This document shows positions 10,024 through 18,874 of a DNA stretch of 64,000 nt, in pieces. Numbering within the stretch: the first letter of the stretch is position 1; each line of letters starts with the position of its first letter. Origin of the DNA: a virus (lineage: Duplodnaviria > Caudoviricetes); IMG/VR virus record IMGVR_UViG_3300028888_000001; one strand, 5' to 3'. Both the position numbers and the translations under genes were made by a program. The notes below the pieces were generated by a model. It made no database searches. It was not told the origin of the DNA and was given only the letters and a program-made list of their open reading frames with translations.

Positions 10024-11007
10024 ATGAATGAAATACCATATATGATTAATAATGGCGCATTCGGGACTTTCAATCCGTATGTACAACAACAAATGCCGAT
10101 GGGTAATATGATACCTGTTGGTGCTTATGGATATAATCAACCACAACAACAGAACGATTATGTGTTTAAGCCAGTTGGAGGTGGTTATACTCCAAATCCA
10201 TATCAACAACAAAATTATTATAACCCATTTCCGTATTTTCAACAGGTCCAACAGCAACAATATCCTAATCCATATTCTCAATTTGGATATAACAACTATT
10301 CTCCATTTATGTCTATGCAAAGGCAGCAAGAGCTAATTCAAATGGAGATAGATAAAGAAAAAATGAAAGCTAGATATCGAGCTCATGCTATGGGTATTGA
10401 AGTATCTGAAGAAGAACTCGATATTAGATTCAACCCTAATAACAAAGTAAACGTACAAAAACGAGAGGAGATAGAAAAACAAAGAGACCCTATATGGGAA
10501 GAATTATGCTACATTAATAGTGTATTTTGGACATCTCCATTATTAAGTCCAAAACGCATGAATCAAATGAATTATATCAATAGCTATTATGCTAATTGTC
10601 GTAAAGAGTTTGGTTCTCATAGCATGTTTGAGTTCTTAGAGATAGATCTTCCTAAGCTGTTAAGGGAAGAGTGGATCTCTGAACATATTAAACCAAAACA
10701 GAATAGAAATCTCGGTGCTACTTATAATTCTGAAGCTTATAATGAATTATTAAATATGCATCGTAGCAGTAATCCATACATAAATGAGATTCTAGACCAA
10801 TCTAGATATGATAATAATATAGACGATGCTGAGGTTGGTTTAGCAGAATTATTTGATAGAGAAAGAAGGAAAATAAATCTTCTTACAGGTAAACTACCGA
10901 CGTTTGTAAGCAGCCCAGAAGTTCAAGCGGCAAGAGCTAAGTATACACAAGAGCTAATGGATGCTTTATACAAAAAAGAAAATAAGGTGGTGAATAACAG
11001 TGTCTAG
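10024..11007 (+). CDS. Hypothetical protein with Q/N/P/Y-rich low-complexity N-terminus
   Basis: First ~100 aa dominated by Q, N, Y, P, G. Confidence 0.75.
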   Translation: MNEIPYMINNGAFGTFNPYVQQQMPMGNMIPVGAYGYNQPQQQNDYVFKPVGGGYTPNPYQQQNYYNPFPYFQQVQQQQYPNPYSQFGYNNYSPFMSMQRQQELIQMEIDKEKMKARYRAHAMGIEVSEEELDIRFNPNNKVNVQKREEIEKQRDPIWEELCYINSVFWTSPLLSPKRMNQMNYINSYYANCRKEFGSHSMFEFLEIDLPKLLREEWISEHIKPKQNRNLGATYNSEAYNELLNMHRSSNPYINEILDQSRYDNNIDDAEVGLAELFDRERRKINLLTGKLPTFVSSPEVQAARAKYTQELMDALYKKENKVVNNSV

Positions 11008-12916
11008 AACATCTACTATAGAACAGATGACTGTAGGTAAAAGAAAAAATGCTCTAGAGTTTCACTGGGATTCTTTATGGGCACCACCAATAATGTCACT
11101 ATTTACTCCAGAAGATATAAATGAGCTAATATCTATAGCTAAGTCTATTAGATATGCTGGTAATGTATCTAAGAAATACGATTTAATCGATAGTGTAATG
11201 AAAAGACGGGGCTTCAGAAGAGCCCATTGTGGAACTAATAGAATTTGTTATCATTTCTTGGAATCATCTGTATTTGTGGCCAAAGTAGCAGTTGATTCTG
11301 TGGGTATGACAGATAGTCCTGCTGAGTATATCAACCAGGATTTCTTTAAACCATTCTGTTGTAAAATATTTGAAGTTCATCCATCTGGAGTTATAGCATT
11401 CATAGAACGAGTAAATCCGATTTCGTCTATAGAAGAATTTATTTCAGTTAAAGATGATATTTTTAATTTAATGATAACAAAGATAATAGGAAAATATGTT
11501 GTAGATGATCTTGGAGCTAAAAGCTATATGAATTTTGGAGTTAGACAGATGTCTAATGGTGTAAGCTTTGGCCCGGTAATCATAGATTTTCCTTATGTAT
11601 ATGAAACAGATGGAGCAAAATTAACCTGCATGCATGCTATACAAAATATAAATGGATTCTATGAACCATGTGGTGGAGATATAGACTATGATGCAGGATT
11701 TAATAAGCTCTATTGTACCAAATGTGGCCGAGAATATAGAGCTATAGATTTAGCTAAAGCAAAAGACAATAATGAGATCAAATTTGAGTATTCTGATAAA
11801 GATAGGCAATTTGCAGAGAAAATAAGACCTATGATAAGAGCTCAAATAATTGAGTATGACGGTACAGTTGTGTATGATTCAGGGCGTAAATCAAAAAGAT
11901 ATATCTCTAAGGAGGATTTTATAATGAGCACAAATATGCCTGAAGGCAGCATCAAAGTCTCAAAAGTTCATAGACAGAAGAGAGAATCTATCCAAGATGT
12001 GAGGAAAAGATTCTTTTCAGATTTACAGATTCAGTATTATACCAATATGAAAGATAACCAGCCGTTTAATCCTGTAGTTGAACAGCAGGTGGAGAAAGCT
12101 CAAACGGTAAAACCTAATAAGACAGATAATTTCAATGGTGATCCATACGCCATTCAGCATATAGATAATTATCAGGAGATGGAGATTGTTCCAGAATATA
12201 TTCCAAATCCTGCATTTAAAGTAAAGGTTAGGAAAACTCATTTTCCTGATGGAACAACTGTAAGATCTGATGAACAGATTGCAACAGATCTTGATGGTAT
12301 GGAGTCTACTGTATTCCCGGAGATTAATAACGTCGTTTCTGTAGAAGAAGCAGTTGAAGAGCATAAGGAGAGTACAGAGGCTGCTGATTCTGATGGTAAG
12401 CAGGATGCTGAAATGGAGCATCAAGTATTTGCTCAGGAGAGAAAATCTGGTCAGATCATTTCGGATGAAGAATTCGGTATTATGCTTGATGGATATAAGA
12501 AAGGCAACGCAAGTGAAACTGTAGAGGAAGAATCTTCTATAATTGATCCCACGTTGGATACCAATCCATTAAATAATCCGATAATTAGACCATATGGGGA
12601 CGCAACACATTCTGTGTATTATACGCCTCCGAAAGAAAATATTGTTAATCCTATAGATATAGCTGAAGCTATCAGTACTACCGATTCTGATGATGAATCA
12701 GATGATGATAGTGTAAAACCAACTTCAGATATCAAAGAATTATTAAAGGTTACGACAGACAATGAGTATAATCAGCATGCGGAAGAAGAAGAGTCTGAAA
12801 GTGATTATGAGTCTGAGTATGCTCAAGTCGAAGATACGTATGATAGGCAGGAGTTACAGGACTTAGAGAAAACAAATAAGAGGAAAAAGTATGTAACTAA
12901 CAAAAGGAGGCATTAA
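11000..12916 (+). CDS. Protein-kinase-like domain, Zn ribbon and acidic disordered tail
   Basis: GTNR loop, VAKVA (beta3 Lys), helix-C Glu (PAEY), IERV hinge, DDLGAKSYMN catalytic loop, IIDF; then C..CGG/CTKC. Confidence 0.6.
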   Translation: MSRTSTIEQMTVGKRKNALEFHWDSLWAPPIMSLFTPEDINELISIAKSIRYAGNVSKKYDLIDSVMKRRGFRRAHCGTNRICYHFLESSVFVAKVAVDSVGMTDSPAEYINQDFFKPFCCKIFEVHPSGVIAFIERVNPISSIEEFISVKDDIFNLMITKIIGKYVVDDLGAKSYMNFGVRQMSNGVSFGPVIIDFPYVYETDGAKLTCMHAIQNINGFYEPCGGDIDYDAGFNKLYCTKCGREYRAIDLAKAKDNNEIKFEYSDKDRQFAEKIRPMIRAQIIEYDGTVVYDSGRKSKRYISKEDFIMSTNMPEGSIKVSKVHRQKRESIQDVRKRFFSDLQIQYYTNMKDNQPFNPVVEQQVEKAQTVKPNKTDNFNGDPYAIQHIDNYQEMEIVPEYIPNPAFKVKVRKTHFPDGTTVRSDEQIATDLDGMESTVFPEINNVVSVEEAVEEHKESTEAADSDGKQDAEMEHQVFAQERKSGQIISDEEFGIMLDGYKKGNASETVEEESSIIDPTLDTNPLNNPIIRPYGDATHSVYYTPPKENIVNPIDIAEAISTTDSDDESDDDSVKPTSDIKELLKVTTDNEYNQHAEEEESESDYESEYAQVEDTYDRQELQDLEKTNKRKKYVTNKRRH

Positions 12917-12918
12917 TT

Positions 12919-13569
12919 ATGTTTAATAATCATTCAATGTCTCTAGTGCTAGACCTCGGTGTATTAGGCCAATCATTATATAATAGAGATTTTTTACGGG
13001 TAGCAGCGATAACATCCGGAAGTTATCCAGATTTAGATAATATCTATTATGCTGGTGTATTGATGCCACCAACAGAAATGTTAATGGATTGGGCTGATGG
13101 TAATCAGCAGACGTTAAACGTGCAATACCCGCAGTATCTAATGACAAAAGATTGCGATGATTTTATTATCGCGCTTATAGCAGCAATGACAAAAATGAAT
13201 ATTGTTCTTTATATTCCAGATGAAGAGTTCAGCATATTTGGTCAGCTGTTATTGAATCACATATATTATACATATGGTATTGTCGTTAATACACCAAGTA
13301 CACAGTTTGCTGTTTTGGAGCAGAAAATACCACTAATAATCTCTAAGTTCTTTATGATTGACGTTATGGACCCAGACGTTTATTTATCGCTATATCCGGC
13401 AAATTATATGCTACCAGATTTTGTAATAAATAAACTGGCGGAAGAATTAAATCCATTTAATGGTCAGCCAGCAACGTTTGAGCAGTATAGAGAATATTTC
13501 AATAAATTAAACGCATCTAAAATCGCTCAACAGCCTAAAGTACAACTGATGGAGGTTAAGAAAGAATGA
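12919..13569 (+). CDS. Hypothetical protein
   Basis: AGGAGG RBS; operonic. Confidence 0.8.
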   Translation: MFNNHSMSLVLDLGVLGQSLYNRDFLRVAAITSGSYPDLDNIYYAGVLMPPTEMLMDWADGNQQTLNVQYPQYLMTKDCDDFIIALIAAMTKMNIVLYIPDEEFSIFGQLLLNHIYYTYGIVVNTPSTQFAVLEQKIPLIISKFFMIDVMDPDVYLSLYPANYMLPDFVINKLAEELNPFNGQPATFEQYREYFNKLNASKIAQQPKVQLMEVKKE

Positions 13570-14084
13570 TAGTATTCTTAGACAAGATAGAGCTCTGTCA
13601 GTATATAAAGCAACCATTTATTATATATAATCTATCTTCAATGTATTCTGGGTTTAAAGATGCAACATGCTTGCTAACTAATATGAAGATAGTGAATTAT
13701 ACACAAACTCCAATGTATGAGTACGTGCAGACACCAGAGTTCGATATGCAGTACTATACAGCGATATTTAACAATCCGAAAATGTTTGCTACATTTATGG
13801 ATTTTATATATTGCGATTTCATTGGAATGAACGCTATTCTATTAGTGTATAGAGAATTTTATAGAGACGCAGTTATGGAATCTATACTAAAAATTATGCA
13901 GCAGCGTTATGGGCTTAATGGTTGGGTGGTCGAGACGCCTGAAGATATAGAGTGTTTGAAAAATACCCATTACAATCCAGACGGAATTATGCTGTTACAG
14001 CAAGATATAGAAAAATATACTGAACTCTGTAAAATCAATACTATAGAAAATCCATGCATTGATATAAATACGTGTATAGAGTAG
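13566..14084 (+). CDS. Hypothetical protein
   Basis: ATGA overlap; GGAGG RBS. Confidence 0.8.
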   Translation: MIVFLDKIELCQYIKQPFIIYNLSSMYSGFKDATCLLTNMKIVNYTQTPMYEYVQTPEFDMQYYTAIFNNPKMFATFMDFIYCDFIGMNAILLVYREFYRDAVMESILKIMQQRYGLNGWVVETPEDIECLKNTHYNPDGIMLLQQDIEKYTELCKINTIENPCIDINTCIE

Positions 14085-14093
14085 CGTTAATCA

Positions 14094-14124
14094 AAAATGG
14101 GGGTAATTAAATTACCCCCATTTT
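14094..14124 (+). terminator. Intrinsic terminator
   Basis: aaaatgggggtaat-taa-attacccccatttt followed by a T tract. Confidence 0.8.
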
Positions 14125-14150
14125 ATTTTTTCTAAAGGGAGCATACTAAA

Positions 14151-14495
14151 ATGGGTTATAATAGAGACTGGTTATATGATCTTAAGATTGGCGATGCTAA
14201 AATTAAAGATATGATGACCGATAAAGAAAAATACGGAGACTTTATAAACAGTGTAACTACAGATTATATAAATTCTATTAAAGTAGATAAAGACCCAGAT
14301 AAATTCATTGCAAATGTAATTAAAGAATCTATAAGTTGGATATTACAATTAAAATTTATATCTGATATTATCACTTATAGATTTGAAGAAACAGGAGTTG
14401 ATACTAATTACATTAATAATTTTTTATCAGAATCGCTAGATGCATTTAACAATGATTTAATTTCCAAAGGCTTATTAAAAGAGACATCAGAGTAA
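14151..14495 (+). CDS. Hypothetical protein
   Basis: GGGAG RBS. Confidence 0.75.
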   Translation: MGYNRDWLYDLKIGDAKIKDMMTDKEKYGDFINSVTTDYINSIKVDKDPDKFIANVIKESISWILQLKFISDIITYRFEETGVDTNYINNFLSESLDAFNNDLISKGLLKETSE

Positions 14496-14518
14496 TTTAT
14501 AAACCGGAGGTAAAAATT

Positions 14519-15217
14519 ATGCTTACTCAGTATGATATAGATTATCTAGCAATACAAATATCTAAAGGTTATAAGCCAAGTATTTATTACGTGGCTAACA
14601 TGATTGAAACTCGTGAAGGGTATTTAGATGAATTGATCTATAAATCTGTACCGAAGTATAAAGCTATAAAAATAAATGTTTCAAAAATAGAAAACGCTTA
14701 TTTCGAACTTTTAAGGTATAGAAATAATCCAGAGAATTATCATGAAGAATCAGAAGAATGCTATTACAGCCCAACTGATAAATATGTACACTATTATATA
14801 GTACCTAACGACGCTGGGACTTTCGATAAACCTTTCAATTCTAGGATGCCAAGTATAATATATGGCACTAAGAAAAAATTATATAGAGCCGGAGAACCAG
14901 ATATAGAACAAGAATTCGTTACAGCCTCACCAGTAAAAGAAATATACACTAATTCTCTTTCACTATATAATTATTCTGAATATGGAGCGGAGAATGCTTA
15001 TCATCGTGGAGATTTAGATTGGAAATATTACACCATTCCAGACGGTGGTTATAGTATGGACGGATCTCTGTACAAGTATATAACTACAGACTATTATATT
15101 TTTGACATTGAAAATTTCCCAAGAACAGAAAAGCCGCTTATAAAAGCTGGTCATAAAACCGCTTACTTTATGACAAATGAAGATGCTCAAAATGCTATAT
15201 TACAGTATGAAGCTTAA
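14519..15217 (+). CDS. Hypothetical protein
   Basis: GGAGGT RBS. Confidence 0.75.
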   Translation: MLTQYDIDYLAIQISKGYKPSIYYVANMIETREGYLDELIYKSVPKYKAIKINVSKIENAYFELLRYRNNPENYHEESEECYYSPTDKYVHYYIVPNDAGTFDKPFNSRMPSIIYGTKKKLYRAGEPDIEQEFVTASPVKEIYTNSLSLYNYSEYGAENAYHRGDLDWKYYTIPDGGYSMDGSLYKYITTDYYIFDIENFPRTEKPLIKAGHKTAYFMTNEDAQNAILQYEA

Positions 15218-15232
15218 AAGGAGACCTTAGCT

Positions 15233-15766
15233 ATGAATATATCTGCAATTGCAGCTGTAGATAAAAATTTTGGATTGGGGTATCAAAATAAGTTATTGTT
15301 TAGAATCAAACAAGACATGCAATTTTTTAAAGAGACCACAATCGGTAATACAGTAATAATGGGTAGAAAAACATTTGAGTCCATGGGCTCAAAACCTTTA
15401 AAAGATAGAGATAATATAGTTATCACTTCAGATATATCTAAGCATACATTAAAAGATAATTTACGTATAACGTCTATGGACATCGTAGAAAATATGCTAA
15501 AGAACGATAAGAGTAACAAAAGATATTTCATTATAGGTGGAGGTTCCATCTATGAACAGCTATTAAAATATTGTGACAGTTTATATTTAACAGTATTTAA
15601 TAAAGAGTATGATGACGTAGATACTTGGTTTCCAAATCCGCTAAAACATGATTTTCATCAGGCTATGATAATTGAAGCAGACTTTGTAGATTTTGTACCA
15701 TACGTTATTTCATTATGGTTAAGAGGTGATCAATATAGAAACTTTAATAAACAGAGTTTCAATTGA
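15233..15766 (+). CDS. folA: Dihydrofolate reductase
   Basis: AAVD..GLG, DMQFFK, IMGRKTFES, PLKDRDNIV, IIGGGSIY, DTWFP motifs. Confidence 0.95.
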   Translation: MNISAIAAVDKNFGLGYQNKLLFRIKQDMQFFKETTIGNTVIMGRKTFESMGSKPLKDRDNIVITSDISKHTLKDNLRITSMDIVENMLKNDKSNKRYFIIGGGSIYEQLLKYCDSLYLTVFNKEYDDVDTWFPNPLKHDFHQAMIIEADFVDFVPYVISLWLRGDQYRNFNKQSFN

Positions 15767-16088
15767 ATATTATAATACTGAAACTTGTCAGTTCATATCT
15801 TACTATTCTTATGGTAATGGATTTATTGATCCAATAAATAATCAGCACGTTAATGCTAAGACAATAAGTTCATTATTAAAATCAATGAAACATGCTATAG
15901 ATGATAGCGAAAATGATGAATTCTATGAGATAACACAATTGAAGGAGATTTATCGCTGTGAGCTTAATATTAAAACTAACACTGGAGATCGCTTTAGTTT
16001 TTCTACTTATTCGGACAATGAATGTACGGTGATTGTAGATAATAAATCTACGTTTCATGAGCTATGTAATAAATATTTATTAAGCTAG
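15726..16088 (+). CDS. Hypothetical protein
   Basis: 120-aa ORF within the operon; start uncertain. Confidence 0.6.
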   Translation: MINIETLINRVSIEYYNTETCQFISYYSYGNGFIDPINNQHVNAKTISSLLKSMKHAIDDSENDEFYEITQLKEIYRCELNIKTNTGDRFSFSTYSDNECTVIVDNKSTFHELCNKYLLS

Positions 16089-16099
16089 CCCTATAGGAG

Positions 16100-16912
16100 G
16101 TGAATACATTGTCAGAGCTATATAACAAAGTTAATTATTCTTCAGATATATCGTATTTGAATAATGTATTCATCTACGAGCTAGATATATCTAAAGCCAA
16201 TATCAATATACTATATTCTAAAGGTTGTATAGATAAAGAGATATATGATTATTTATACAATGCAGAAAGAATGGTTAGGCAAGTCTTTATAGGTAAACTA
16301 TTGAAAAATAACCCAGAGATAATCAAGCAACTTAAAGATGGTATAATAGAAGCTAAGAAAGCACTATTCGAAGCTAATAATATACAAGATTACGAGGTGC
16401 TAAGTATTAAAAACGATGCTGTGTTTCTAATTAATAGAATACCTAAAGTGAGAGATTTTGGGCTAATTCATTTTGCTGCAAAGAATAAATACACTGGATA
16501 TTATAAGGTCAGGAATCTAGAATTTTACTATTATTATAACTCTATAACCAAAGAAGAATACCTACATATTAAAGGCTTAGGTGATAAAAATTATCCGGCG
16601 CATGAAAAATATTTAATCCAATTCTTTAAAGATCTATTCTATACTATACAATGCAATGGTGTAGAAATAGCTTTAAGATTATTGAAAGATTTTTATATGC
16701 AATATATTTCTTTATCTTTGCCAACTGGATATTATAGAAGATTTGGATTAACTAACGATTATCATTTTAAAATAAACACTGTCGTCGGTTCTGGTTATTA
16801 TATAAACTATATAACTGATGAGATGAAGCCAATGATAGATATAAGCTATAACTTAAATATATTATTAGAAATGCAAAAAATATTAACAGATATGTATTTT
16901 GTAAAGCATTAA
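16100..16912 (+). CDS. Small divergent PolB-palm-like protein
   Basis: YELDISKAN (motif A-like) and LSIKNDAVF (motif C-like). True start may be TTG at 16109, after GGAGGTG. Confidence 0.45.
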   Translation: MNTLSELYNKVNYSSDISYLNNVFIYELDISKANINILYSKGCIDKEIYDYLYNAERMVRQVFIGKLLKNNPEIIKQLKDGIIEAKKALFEANNIQDYEVLSIKNDAVFLINRIPKVRDFGLIHFAAKNKYTGYYKVRNLEFYYYYNSITKEEYLHIKGLGDKNYPAHEKYLIQFFKDLFYTIQCNGVEIALRLLKDFYMQYISLSLPTGYYRRFGLTNDYHFKINTVVGSGYYINYITDEMKPMIDISYNLNILLEMQKILTDMYFVKH

Positions 16913-16914
16913 TC

Positions 16915-16944
16915 AATCCTAGAGGGAGTAATCCCTCTAGGATT
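16915..16944. terminator. Bidirectional terminator, GGGA-GTAA-TCCC family
   Basis: 13-bp perfect stem between convergent genes. Confidence 0.85.
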
Positions 16945-16953
16945 TTTATTTCA

Positions 16954-17436
16954 TTATTTATTTTTCTGTACTGCATTCAAAGCAGTGCGTTGATTAGTAT
17001 CTGGACTATTGGTTAGATTAAATTCTAATACATAGTTTAATACTATCATATAAATTCTTCTACCGATGAGTTCTCCTATGAAGCTTTCAGAATATACTAT
17101 AGATAGATTATATAATAAAGTCTCTGATAATCTATCTGGTATTTTTTCTGTTAAATTCTCTACGATCCTGGATTCCATTTCTGAATTTATATAGTAGATA
17201 TTTTTAGGCTGAATATTAAATATGATATATTCATCTAGAGCTTCTTTGATAATATAATCAAGATGACCAACAATTTCAGCTTCATCATATTTAGCTCTAT
17301 ATGATTCGTTTATTTTATAATCTACATAATTATTTAAAATTCTAATTAGCCTAACAACCATTACCGCAAATATGATAGCTAATGGTACCCACACCCATCT
17401 AAATGTAATTAAAGAAAAAATAATATTACTTTTCAT
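16954..17436 (-). CDS. Membrane-anchored hypothetical protein
   Basis: N-terminal hydrophobic helix; AGGAGG RBS; late motif at 17465-17476. Confidence 0.75.
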   Translation of the reverse strand: MKSNIIFSLITFRWVWVPLAIIFAVMVVRLIRILNNYVDYKINESYRAKYDEAEIVGHLDYIIKEALDEYIIFNIQPKNIYYINSEMESRIVENLTEKIPDRLSETLLYNLSIVYSESFIGELIGRRIYMIVLNYVLEFNLTNSPDTNQRTALNAVQKNK

Positions 17437-17578
17437 TGCTGCTTATTCCTCCTAAAAGTATTTTTATATAAATGTGATTGAAAAAGTAATAAAATATAGT
17501 AATATATTATATTTATGAAAATAAATATAATATGTAATGTGTGTAGTGTGATTAGAGTTGAATAAATTTTTATTTGAA

Positions 17579-17602
17579 ATGGAGAGCTGCAAAGCTCTCC
17601 AT
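17579..17602. terminator. Hairpin/terminator with GCAA loop
   Basis: atggagagct-gcaa-agctctccat. Confidence 0.7.
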
Positions 17603-17623
17603 ATTATATATTATATTTATTTT

Positions 17624-18259
17624 TTAATAATTTATAGGACCAGCGTGTTCTTGCCAGTCTAATAGTATCTCTCTTTGTCTTGGGCAATTTAGCCATGTAG
17701 TTTTAAATCCAAATTGTTCTTCCATCTTTAATTGTAATAACCATTTAAATGCTATATCTAACGTAAGTCCATCTCTATACTTCTCTAAAAATAAATATGA
17801 GTTACCATATGCTTGAGAAAGAGAAACAAAAGCTGATGGATCAGCATGTAACGCTTGATGATTGGTTTCTGTTAACATAACTACACTAAGCATATTTAAT
17901 CTATGAGCTTCCTCTAGATCTTCTATAATATCCATAGTGGTTACTTGACCAACAGTATTAAGTCTATGCTCGCATATCATTATAGCTGCCATATTTAATG
18001 TAGGCATAAGATGGTGTAGTTGAATTTCTGTCATCTCGCTATTAACTCCACGCATGAGTTGATCGAAATTCAATCCCTTATTCATTACGTTTGATTTATA
18101 ATCTTTGTAGAAACGTGAACGTCTAAATTGATTTTCAGCAGAATATATAAAATGACTATAGAGTTCTGTATCCATTAAGGTATCTCTAGTTTGCTGAAAC
18201 TGTATAGTCATATAATTATTGGGATCTCCAATAATGGGATTTATATTTAAATTTAGCAT
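17624..18259 (-). CDS. HNH-like/His-rich protein, paralog of 6454..7272
   Basis: RRSRFY...IQLHH...LTETNHQALH pattern; late motif at 18297-18308. Confidence 0.55.
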   Translation of the reverse strand: MLNLNINPIIGDPNNYMTIQFQQTRDTLMDTELYSHFIYSAENQFRRSRFYKDYKSNVMNKGLNFDQLMRGVNSEMTEIQLHHLMPTLNMAAIMICEHRLNTVGQVTTMDIIEDLEEAHRLNMLSVVMLTETNHQALHADPSAFVSLSQAYGNSYLFLEKYRDGLTLDIAFKWLLQLKMEEQFGFKTTWLNCPRQREILLDWQEHAGPINY

Positions 18260-18296
18260 TAGTATATCACCCCGTTCATTATGACCTTATATTTAT

Positions 18297-18333
18297 TAAT
18301 TTCATGTTTTACATTATTAAGCACATTTAATTA
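18297..18333. promoter_or_regulatory. Divergent pair of late promoters
   Basis: Minus strand aaca-tgaaat-taa (18297-18308); plus strand caca-tttaat-taa (18322-18333). Confidence 0.6.
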
Positions 18334-18379
18334 ATAAAGGAAACAAATAATTCATTAAGAGGAGGAAATATGATTAAAA

Positions 18380-18763
18380 ATGATTACTGAACTATTATTT
18401 GGAAAGTGGCTAGATGATTTAAACAAGCGCATTAATCGTAGAGTATCGGTTTCAATTAGAGAGCTTGAAATTGCAAAAGATAAAGCAACTGAATCAATCA
18501 CCACGTCAAATACTATTATGCTTCAATCACTCAATTCAGTAAATGAAGCTAAAGCAGATTTAGATACATTATATAATAAATATAATGAATTATTAGATCA
18601 ACGTAAACAAGAAATAGATTTACAAAAACTTTATGTTTATCTTATACCTAAACTATTGGATTCTTCAGGTATTACACTCCCAGAAAATTTTGATATCACA
18701 AATTATGATGATGCACAAAAACTTTATAAACGATTCTACAATGGCGATTTGTCAGATTATTAA
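18380..18763 (+). CDS. Coiled-coil hypothetical protein
   Basis: GGAGG RBS. Confidence 0.75.
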   Translation: MITELLFGKWLDDLNKRINRRVSVSIRELEIAKDKATESITTSNTIMLQSLNSVNEAKADLDTLYNKYNELLDQRKQEIDLQKLYVYLIPKLLDSSGITLPENFDITNYDDAQKLYKRFYNGDLSDY

Positions 18764-18770
18764 TACATAA

Positions 18771-18795
18771 ACCGGGCTAGTGTATCTAGCCCGGT
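18771..18795 (+). terminator. Intrinsic terminator
   Basis: accgggctag-tgtat-ctagcccggt followed by aattttt. Confidence 0.75.
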
Positions 18796-18811
18796 AATTT
18801 TACTGCTTCCG

Positions 18812-18823
18812 CACATTCCTATA
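18812..18823 (+). promoter_or_regulatory. Putative late promoter
   Basis: caca-ttccta-taa. Confidence 0.65.
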
Positions 18824-18874
18824 ATAGCTTTCTATGAAGATATATAATACGGAAGGAGGTTTAATCAAAGTAAT

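Noticed and set aside
11000-12916. Chimallin (phage nucleus shell) candidate, based on its ~630-aa size
   Set aside because: It has kinase-like motifs and a long disordered tail. No chimallin-sized ORF flanks the beta'-N gene, so this window gives no evidence for a nucleus.
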